From contig CBDDTF010000003.1 of assembly GCA_965233705.1 (NCBI GenBank), forward strand, positions 1,662,997-1,686,996: a stretch of 24,000 nucleotides of DNA. Reading direction: 5' to 3'. The translations under genes were made by a program, and so were the position numbers. The DNA comes from Algihabitans sp. (GTDB lineage Bacteria > Pseudomonadota > Alphaproteobacteria > Kiloniellales > DSM-21159). Shown here in pieces: positions 1 through 6,744 of the stretch (position 1 is its first letter; every line of letters begins with the position of its first letter). Under the pieces are notes generated by a model, which was given only the letters and a program-made list of their open reading frames with translations, was not told where the DNA came from and did not search any database.

Positions 1-1
1 C

Positions 2-1147
2 ACCATCGAGAAGCGCGAACGCAAGACCGGCACGGTCTATCTCGCGGACGTACGCATCCACGGCTTTCCCCGGCAGAAGAAGACGTTCAAGCGTCTGACC
101 GACGCGAAGCTCTGGGCGCAGCAAACCGAAGCGTCCATCCGCAAGGGCGAGTTCCAGAACGTGGTCTCGGCGGCGCGGAGCAAGACCCTGAAGGATGTCA
201 TCAAGCGCTACCGCGACGATGTGCTGCCGCACAAGGCGGCGACGACGCAGCGGGCGGAAGCGACCTACATTGCTTTCTGGGAACGCGAGCTGGGCGCCTA
301 CGCCCTCTCCTATATCGAGCCGGAGAAGATCAGCGAGAAGCTCCGGGAGCTAGGCGAAGCCGGCGACGGACGCCGCAAGGCGGACGAAGACGCGGCGGAG
401 AACGGGAGAAAGCCCCCGGCCCCCGCTCCGAAGCCGAAGAGCCGGAAGACGCTGAAGCACTACCGCGACACGCTGGCGCTGCTGCTCAAGCACGCCAAGC
501 AGTGGGGATGGACTGCGGCCAACCCCATCGACGGGGTGAACAAGATCACCAAGATCAGGAACGAACGGATACGGTTCCTGAGCGACGACGAACGCACGAA
601 GCTGCTGGCGGCCTGCAAGGCCAGCGAGAATGAACACCTGTATCCCGTCGTTCTCGTCGCCCTGTCCACAGGCGCGCGGAAGAACGAAGTGCTCTCCCTG
701 ACCTTCGCCGATCTCGACCTGACGCGCGGCATCGCCGTGTTGCGGAACACGAAGAACGGTGAAACCCGGACGGTGCCGGTGGTGAAGAGCCTGCAAGCGC
801 TGCTCAAGGCGCACATGGAGAAGGTCGAGGCGTTCTACGACAAGCTCGACTACACTCCACCGGCCCGCTGGCTGTTCCCGCGCCGCGATGGCATGGCGCC
901 GATCGACATCCGCACCGCCTGGGAGAACGCCCGCGACGCCGCCGGGTTGGTGGATTTCCGCTTCCATGACATCCGGCACTCGACGGCCAGCTATCTGGCC
1001 ATGAACGGCGCCAGCCTGGTCGAGATTGCGGAGGTGCTCGGTCACCGGACGCTTCAGATGGTCCGCCGCTACGCGCACCTCTCCGAAAGCCATGTCAAGG
1101 AGCTGGTCCAGTCCGTCAACGACAAGGTGCTGCCGGCCGAACTGTAG
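2..1147 (+). CDS. int: Tyrosine recombinase / phage-type integrase (5' end outside window)
   Basis: The frame is open from base 2 (TIEKRERKTGTVYLADVRIHGF...), so the GTG at 161 is not the true start. The C-terminus carries the tyrosine-recombinase signature: ARKNEVLSL (Arg box), HDIRHSTASYLAMNG...GHRTLQMVRRYAHL (H-x-x-R ... H ... Y). Confidence 0.92.
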   Translation, partial: TIEKRERKTGTVYLADVRIHGFPRQKKTFKRLTDAKLWAQQTEASIRKGEFQNVVSAARSKTLKDVIKRYRDDVLPHKAATTQRAEATYIAFWERELGAYALSYIEPEKISEKLRELGEAGDGRRKADEDAAENGRKPPAPAPKPKSRKTLKHYRDTLALLLKHAKQWGWTAANPIDGVNKITKIRNERIRFLSDDERTKLLAACKASENEHLYPVVLVALSTGARKNEVLSLTFADLDLTRGIAVLRNTKNGETRTVPVVKSLQALLKAHMEKVEAFYDKLDYTPPARWLFPRRDGMAPIDIRTAWENARDAAGLVDFRFHDIRHSTASYLAMNGASLVEIAEVLGHRTLQMVRRYAHLSESHVKELVQSVNDKVLPAEL

Positions 1148-1238
1148 GCCAGGGCGCGCCGGTTAATTGTCGGAAAACTCCGGTTCGGCTATAGATAAGG
1201 CTTCCTGCTGTTTATAGGCCCCGAACCATGAGGAAAAC

Positions 1239-1460
1239 ATGGTGGACTACAGGGACCTCGCTACCGTGAAGCAGGTTGCGGCGGATTCGCCGGTCATCAC
1301 GGAGCACACGTTGCGCTGGTGGATCTTCCATGCGGAGACGAATGGACTGAAGCCCGCGCTACTGAAGATCGGTGGCCGGGTCTATATCGACCGCGCCGAA
1401 TTCAACAAGTGGCTGGAGAGCCAGCGCATGGCTCCGAAGCCGTTGAAGCCCGCGGCCTGA
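1239..1460 (+). CDS. Small AlpA/excisionase-type (MerR-like) HTH DNA-binding protein, probable recombination directionality factor
   Basis: 73 aa, directly downstream of the integrase. The pattern TVKQVAA...ITEHTLRWWI...LKIGGRVYIDRAEFNKWL is typical of HTH_17/excisionase-family proteins. A strong terminator follows. Confidence 0.7.
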   Translation: MVDYRDLATVKQVAADSPVITEHTLRWWIFHAETNGLKPALLKIGGRVYIDRAEFNKWLESQRMAPKPLKPAA

Positions 1461-1479
1461 CCGGCCCCTATCTACGACT

Positions 1480-1510
1480 GAAGCCCCACCCTCGCGGTGG
1501 GGCTTCTTTT
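1480..1510 (+). terminator. Rho-independent terminator after the xis-like gene
   Basis: GAAGCCCCACC-ctcgc-GGTGGGGCTTC is a perfect 11-bp stem, followed by TTTT. Confidence 0.8.
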
Positions 1511-1559
1511 CGGTGGGTCAACTGCACTTAGACACTGTCGCGGTTATCAAGCGTTCTTT

Positions 1560-2285
1560 TCATTGGGCAAGCCATCTTCCATATGCCTGAATATCGATCA
1601 TGGGAACGGTCCCGCTGAATTGAAGCTGAGAAATCAGATTGAAAAGAAATGCCGTTGCAGGCTTGCCGCCATCCTCGAAGACGTAATCGTTGCTCTGCTC
1701 GTCAAACCGGAAAAGCCCATGAGCTGCCACACACCCCATGTTCAACTTGCCATCGCCTCCATCCGCAGCCAGCGCACTTCGCAGCGCCTCGCCTAAGGGC
1801 GGATTCCAATCACTCTCGAACGTGAGGATGCCGCCGAGGATCGGGATTAGGGGCTTTGGGTCGTAGACACCACCTGCATGGGGGATAGGAAGGCTGGTTC
1901 GATGCAGCCGTCGGACGCTTGCCGCCTTTTCCTGGGCGTATTTGACGTAGTCGCCGTTTATGGATTGTTTGGCCTCGAAGACCGCGTAGACGCTTTCCGC
2001 CGGTATCACCTTTTCACCTTCAAAATTGAATATGAAAGGCGAGTACTGACGGTCAAAAATCACAACATCTATCTGCTGACTGAAGGTGCCCTGACTGTCA
2101 ACGACGTGCGCCTTTTCAGCTTGGTAGCGGGCAGGTAGGTAGTCCTGAAAGAGCTTCAGCCAAATCTTCTCACTTGCATCCCCCTTCGTTCCGGGGTGGC
2201 CAAAGCTCTGCCGTGCCGTTTGCAGACGGCTTTGTATGTCCTGATGGAGGCTTTCCAGGACCTTGGCTAGCGACCATGTGGTCAC
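1560..2285 (-). CDS. nucC: NucC-like CBASS effector endonuclease (restriction-endonuclease fold)
   Basis: 241 aa with a PD-(D/E)xK-type signature I-D73-x30-E104-A-K106 (QQIDVVIFD...VYAVFEAKQ). It is the last gene of the CD-NTase/HORMA/TRIP13 operon. Its GTG start overlaps the upstream stop (GTGA). Confidence 0.8.
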   Translation of the reverse strand: MTTWSLAKVLESLHQDIQSRLQTARQSFGHPGTKGDASEKIWLKLFQDYLPARYQAEKAHVVDSQGTFSQQIDVVIFDRQYSPFIFNFEGEKVIPAESVYAVFEAKQSINGDYVKYAQEKAASVRRLHRTSLPIPHAGGVYDPKPLIPILGGILTFESDWNPPLGEALRSALAADGGDGKLNMGCVAAHGLFRFDEQSNDYVFEDGGKPATAFLFNLISQLQFSGTVPMIDIQAYGRWLAQ

Positions 2286-3223
2286 GACACGCCCTCCCGA
2301 AACGGCGGAGTCGGTTCCATCCCTCGGGCAATCTCGATTGCCCGCTTCGGATCGATCGGTTTGTTTGGATACGCATCCAGGACGAGCGTCGGCAGCAACC
2401 GTTGCGTAAGGTCGGAGAATGTAAAGCCGTATGCACGACCATTCATCTGGCCAGTGGCGGCAACCAGTTGATTCAGGTCTGGCTGCGAGAAGCCAAGCTC
2501 ACCCAGAGAGCGCTGAAGCACTGACAGGCGTTGCACTTCATTGGGGCGACTAAAGGCCATGATGTCGGCCGCGCGCCGCTTGACTGCGGGGTCCATTGCC
2601 CCGAGGCGGTTAGAGCACATGATGATGGCAGCAGGCACGCGTGCGTTGGCGATCGTGTCAATTCCGCGGATGAATGCGTTAACGCCCGCGCGATCTTCAT
2701 GGTGCATCTGCGCGGCCTCACGGGACTGAGCCAGCGCATCTGCTTCGTCCACCAAAAGAATTAGCCCGCCACGGGCCTTGCCCGTACTGCCTTTTAGCTT
2801 CATGGCCTGGGACAGCGTGTAATCGAAGGCGGCCGAGAGAAGTTGTGTCATTTCGCCAACACGACCCTGCCCTCTACTTGACAGGCTCAGCGGCAACAAG
2901 GTGATGTCAATGTCTTCTTGCCGTGCGACAGCATCACCGATCGTTTCAGCAAGTTCGGTTTTCCCCGACCCCACGTCGCCGGCGAGCACGACAAGAGGCG
3001 GGCGCCTCAGGACTGTATCCATAATGACAGTCCGTCCAGCGTGATGCTTCCGCGCCCATGCCTCCAATCCGGCGGGGTTTACGAGCAGCCCAAGGGCCTT
3101 CGTCAGGCGCGTTTTGTGATCGTCCAAGCCGACAAGCTGAGCCAGACGCTCCCGAGCGGAAACATCAGGATAGCTGATGCGCCGGTCGAACAACTCATCG
3201 ACGTTGACGGTACTGTTCATCAC
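2282..3223 (-). CDS. cap6: TRIP13/Pch2-like AAA+ ATPase (CBASS Cap6)
   Basis: Walker A LAGDVGSGKTE and Walker B LILLVDEADAL. About 313 aa, located between the HORMA-size gene and the nuclease. The start (GTG 3223 or ATG 3220) overlaps the upstream stop. Confidence 0.85.
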   Translation of the reverse strand: MMNSTVNVDELFDRRISYPDVSARERLAQLVGLDDHKTRLTKALGLLVNPAGLEAWARKHHAGRTVIMDTVLRRPPLVVLAGDVGSGKTELAETIGDAVARQEDIDITLLPLSLSSRGQGRVGEMTQLLSAAFDYTLSQAMKLKGSTGKARGGLILLVDEADALAQSREAAQMHHEDRAGVNAFIRGIDTIANARVPAAIIMCSNRLGAMDPAVKRRAADIMAFSRPNEVQRLSVLQRSLGELGFSQPDLNQLVAATGQMNGRAYGFTFSDLTQRLLPTLVLDAYPNKPIDPKRAIEIARGMEPTPPFREGVS

Positions 3224-3735
3224 CAGCTCCTCACGGTAGCCCGGTCGAGGGCTCTGCCGCCCGCCGAATAGGTCTTATCGGAAACCAGATATCCATTGAT
3301 GCCCGGTTCCGGTGCGCCGTTTCGTTGAAGAGGCAAGGTTCGTTTGAAGGCCTCCCGTTCGTCGGAAGTCAGCGCATCCCATGCGGCGCTATAGGTGAGA
3401 TAGCTGTAGAACGAGGCGCCGGAAGTATCGGCATTGGGGGAGACACGGCCGGGATCATCATCATTGGCCGCCATACCCGCCAAATCCTTCGCAGTGTACC
3501 GGACCGTGGGGGCAATCCAGTCGCCATTGCGGCGAAAGCCGTAAGTGACGGTTCCCAGATACCCTGCTTTCAACAGGTCTATGACCTCGGCTTCGTACTC
3601 GGCGATGTCGGCATCGCTCGGTGCGCCATAGAAGCGCTGCATCCGCTTCAGGTCGGCCGCCACCTTCGCCGCCATGTGTCTGGCGTGCGTAACGGTGAAG
3701 GTCGTGGTTTCGGAGATGGTGTAGCTATAGCTCAT
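3220..3735 (-). CDS. cap7: Bacterial HORMA-domain protein (CBASS Cap7), assigned by size and position
   Basis: 171 aa, sandwiched between the CD-NTase and the TRIP13-like ATPase exactly as in type III CBASS. I can read no catalytic motifs. The assignment is contextual, not from a recognised sequence signature. Confidence 0.65.
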   Translation of the reverse strand: MSYSYTISETTTFTVTHARHMAAKVAADLKRMQRFYGAPSDADIAEYEAEVIDLLKAGYLGTVTYGFRRNGDWIAPTVRYTAKDLAGMAANDDDPGRVSPNADTSGASFYSYLTYSAAWDALTSDEREAFKRTLPLQRNGAPEPGINGYLVSDKTYSAGGRALDRATVRSW

Positions 3736-3743
3736 GGCTGCTC

Positions 3744-4709
3744 TCAGACCTGAAAAGACGGACCGAACACTTTCTGCCAGTAGCGGACGGTCTCTTGTTT
3801 GGTGGGTGCCGCAAGCGCCGCATCGATCGCATCGCCGGCGTCCAGCGCCGCCTCAAAAATCGCTTCCGCTTGGGCTTGGGTGTAGAGCCGGCTGACGTTG
3901 TTGTCGGCGTTCACCGGATCGATGATCTGTACGGGCTCTGTGAAGGTTCCGACTGCTGACTGAGGATAATAGTCGTTGAAGATTATTCGCTCCCGCAGGC
4001 CGGTCTGGCCGAGGTAGGTGAAGAAGTGCTGCAACGCCTCCGGGTAATCGGAAAAATCCAACCCCTCGTCCGCCAGGTGGGACAGAATCATTTCGACCAT
4101 GAAGGATTTGAAGCGGAAGCCATCATTCTCACGCTTCATATTCCTCGCCCAGAACTTCACAAGACGGACAACTTGGGCGAAATGGGTTTCCTGTGCCTGC
4201 TTGCGCTTGCGGGTGAATTCGAGGTGCAGGGGGATGCTGGTCTTGAGAAACGATCCGTCGTCCTGACTGACCAGGTTCCCGAACCACTGTGGGTCGCCAT
4301 CGTAGAGGATGGGAACGACATCTACGTCCAGTCCCGAGCCGCGAAACGAGACGGTCACACTGTAGGTCTGCGGCTTCACCTGATCGGGGCTGAAGTTGGG
4401 AAACGCCTTGCGAAGCCGCTCCGCGAGGTACTCCAACAGCGCAGCGATATCGGCGGGCGCGTCGGCGCCGCTGATGTAGCAGCCCACATCGATGTCGTTG
4501 AGGGAACGCAGCGCAGTGCCCTTCGCCAAGCTGCCCGAGAGGAGCATCTTCTTGAGGGTGAAATCCGGATGCTCGCTCAGATAGCCTTCCAGGCGCTCGC
4601 GCAGACGGCGGGCCTGGGCACGGTACTCGTCGGCCTTGTCCTTGGGCAGATTCACCCGCTCCTGCGCAAAGCGAGCGATGTCACTATGGTCTACATGTTG
4701 CCGTCCCAC
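3744..4709 (-). CDS. cdnC: cGAS/DncV-like nucleotidyltransferase (CD-NTase), CdnC-like by operon type
   Basis: Pol-beta NTase signature G59-S60 (LLSGSLAKGT), D72-x-D74 (NDIDVG) and a third acidic cluster GLDVDVVP. The GTG start at 4709 is preceded by GGAGG 7 nt upstream. It is the first gene of the four-gene operon. Confidence 0.85.
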   Translation of the reverse strand: MGRQHVDHSDIARFAQERVNLPKDKADEYRAQARRLRERLEGYLSEHPDFTLKKMLLSGSLAKGTALRSLNDIDVGCYISGADAPADIAALLEYLAERLRKAFPNFSPDQVKPQTYSVTVSFRGSGLDVDVVPILYDGDPQWFGNLVSQDDGSFLKTSIPLHLEFTRKRKQAQETHFAQVVRLVKFWARNMKRENDGFRFKSFMVEMILSHLADEGLDFSDYPEALQHFFTYLGQTGLRERIIFNDYYPQSAVGTFTEPVQIIDPVNADNNVSRLYTQAQAEAIFEAALDAGDAIDAALAAPTKQETVRYWQKVFGPSFQV

Positions 4710-4739
4710 TGACCGGCCTCCGGCTGAATTTCTCTAGAT

Positions 4740-4755
4740 GTGGCCACTAGGCCAC
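4740..4755. promoter_or_regulatory. 16-bp palindrome GTGGCC-acta-GGCCAC in the CBASS 5' leader
   Basis: Perfect 6-bp arms with a 4-nt spacer, between the candidate CBASS promoter and the cdn start codon. Function unknown. Confidence 0.35.
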
Positions 4756-4775
4756 CTTGGCACGCAGCATGATGT

Positions 4776-4840
4776 ATGTTCGAATATCGGACTGTCAAGG
4801 GAAGAATTTGACATTCGATGTTCGATGCCCCATATTTATG
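4776..4840. promoter_or_regulatory. Back-to-back divergent sigma70-like promoters with shared ATGTTCGA operator-like motifs
   Basis: A TTGACA lies on the minus strand (4793-4798) and another on the plus strand (4808-4813), 9 bp apart. The plus promoter is TTGACA-N17-CATATT with a tandem TTCGATG-TTCGATG (4814-4827) in its spacer. The minus promoter spacer holds the near-palindrome ATGTTCGAATAT (4776-4787). The 8-mer ATGTTCGA occurs in both spacers (4776-4783, 4818-4825). Confidence 0.5.
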
Positions 4841-4889
4841 TGTAAGAGGAGAGAGATAGGCTCTCTCCCGCGAAGGAGGAGGCAGCACC

Positions 4890-6128
4890 ATGGACCCGGT
4901 TGAGCTTGGACGCCGCTTGCGCATTGCTCGTGAGGCACGGGGCCTGAGCCAGCAGGCCGCGGCGGACGCCATTGGCGTGCCCCGGACGGCGATTACCCAG
5001 ATGGAATCGGGGAATCGCGCTGTCTCGACTCTGGAGCTGACCAAGCTCGCAGAGCTTTACCGCCGCCCGGTGACCTATTTCTTTGAGGAAGCCGCTCCGG
5101 CGGAAGAAGAGGATGTGCTGGTCGCGCTACATCGCGTTGCCCCGGGTCTGGAGCAGGATTCGGCAGTCCGTGATCAGGTGGATCGTTGCCTGAGCCTATG
5201 CCGTGACGGTGTCGTCCTGGAAACCGTACTGGGGCTCGCACCCCGGTCCGGCCCTCCGGCGTACGAGCTGCGCGTTCCTCGTACCGTCGGCGAAGCTATC
5301 GTTCAAGGAGAGCAGGTGGCGCAGGAGGAAAGGCGCCGCCTCAGCATTGGCAATGCCCCGATCCCTGACGTATCGGAGCTGATTGGCGCGCAGGGTATTT
5401 GGGCATCCGGCCTTGCGCTCCCAAATCACATGTCCGGCCTTTTTATGCGCCACCCTTCGATTGGGTTGGCAATCATTGTAAACGCGTCCCACCCGCGTGG
5501 GCGAAAGAGGTTTTCATACGCTCATGAATATGCCCACTCTCTCATGGATCGTGACCACAATATAACGATTTCAAGTACCGATAATTCTGCGGAACTTGTG
5601 GAGAAGCGTGCGAATGCTTTTGCGGCATCTTTCCTCATGCCGAGAGACGGCGTGTATGAGGTTCTGAGAAGTCTCGACAAGGGGCTTCCAAGCCGTCAGG
5701 AGCAATCGATCTTTGATGCTGCCAGCGGTGGGCAAATTGAAGCTGAAGCTCGTTCGGCACCTCGCTCTCAGCGCATTACCTACAAAGATGTAGCGATCGT
5801 AGCGCATCATTTCGGTGTGAGCTATCAGGCCGCCCTCTACAGACTGAAAAGCCTCAAGCATGTTTCTCAGCCGGAATCCGTTGAGCTCCTGGAGCATGAG
5901 GATTTCGGCCGACAGTATCTCAATGCACTGAGCATGTTCGGTGATGTTGGAGAGCAAGAGCAGCGGCAATACTGGGATCGTGAGCTGCGCAGTGAAATTG
6001 CGCACCTTGCGATTGAAGCCTATCGGCGCGAGGAAATTTCCCGCGGGCGCCTACTGGAGCTTAGCAAGAGCCTCGACATTCCGGGAGAAACCCTCCTTGA
6101 ACTAGCCGAAGTGGCCCGCGGGGAGTGA
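4890..6128 (+). CDS. Fused XRE-family HTH + ImmA/IrrE (COG2856) zinc metallopeptidase
   Basis: The N-terminus LGRRLRIAREARGLSQQAAADAIGVPRTAITQMESGNRAVSTLELTKLAELY is a classic Cro/C1 HTH. HEYAH (aa 212-216, nt 5523-5537) in SYAHEYAHSLMD, followed by ANAFAASFLMP, is the ImmA/IrrE signature. Strong SD: AGGAGGAGG. Confidence 0.85.
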   Translation: MDPVELGRRLRIAREARGLSQQAAADAIGVPRTAITQMESGNRAVSTLELTKLAELYRRPVTYFFEEAAPAEEEDVLVALHRVAPGLEQDSAVRDQVDRCLSLCRDGVVLETVLGLAPRSGPPAYELRVPRTVGEAIVQGEQVAQEERRRLSIGNAPIPDVSELIGAQGIWASGLALPNHMSGLFMRHPSIGLAIIVNASHPRGRKRFSYAHEYAHSLMDRDHNITISSTDNSAELVEKRANAFAASFLMPRDGVYEVLRSLDKGLPSRQEQSIFDAASGGQIEAEARSAPRSQRITYKDVAIVAHHFGVSYQAALYRLKSLKHVSQPESVELLEHEDFGRQYLNALSMFGDVGEQEQRQYWDRELRSEIAHLAIEAYRREEISRGRLLELSKSLDIPGETLLELAEVARGE

Positions 6129-6137
6129 ACCAAAGGC

Positions 6138-6656
6138 ATGATCCGTGCGAGCCCGTCAATCATCGTTTCGGATACGTCCGTTCTTGTGAACTTTCTCCGA
6201 ATCAACCGCATGGACCTCATCGCTGGCTACTCTCATGACTTCATCGTTACGGATCACGTCGCCGCGGAAATCACCGACCATTACCCTGACCAACAAGCAC
6301 GCTTTGCCGCGGCCCAGGCAGCAGGAATGCTCCAACAGGTGAGTATCACAGATCCGGCGGAAGTCGCGTTGTTTGGAAGTCTCGCCGCTTCCGGTCGTCT
6401 GGGTGCGGGCGAATGTTCCGCGATTGCACTTGCCTCACACCAAGGGCACATCCTGGCGATCGATGACCGCCGCGCATCAAACCATGCGCGCCGTGTCAGC
6501 CGGCATCTCCAGATTCTGACAACCCAGGACCTGATGGTTTCTATGATCGGTGAAAACCTGTTGGACGTGCCGCAAGCTGATACCATCAAGGACGAATGGG
6601 CGAGCAATCATCGTTTCCGCCTTACAATTCAAAGCTTTGCGGACCTCGTCTCGTGA
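6138..6656 (+). CDS. PIN-domain (DUF3368-like) nuclease
   Basis: It has the N-terminal IIVSDTS acidic motif, then GAGECSAIALA and LAIDDRRA, the usual PIN acidic quartet arrangement. It starts 9 nt after the HTH-peptidase stop. Confidence 0.7.
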   Translation: MIRASPSIIVSDTSVLVNFLRINRMDLIAGYSHDFIVTDHVAAEITDHYPDQQARFAAAQAAGMLQQVSITDPAEVALFGSLAASGRLGAGECSAIALASHQGHILAIDDRRASNHARRVSRHLQILTTQDLMVSMIGENLLDVPQADTIKDEWASNHRFRLTIQSFADLVS

Positions 6657-6744
6657 AGGATGCTCAATATCTTCCCCGGGACAGTGTGCATGGAAAAATA
6701 GGGGCCGTCGAAACGACACAAGCACGGATGACGCCGAGGCAGGT

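Noticed and set aside
350-1093. 247-aa and 118-aa minus-strand ORFs
   Set aside because: They are antisense to the integrase gene and have no motifs.
1148-1238. Possible integrase arm-type sites or dyad (GGTTCGG ... CCGAACC, TATAGATAAGG / TTTATAGG) upstream of the xis-like gene
   Set aside because: The arms are short with a roughly 35-nt gap, and no second copy elsewhere in the window supports a binding-site family.
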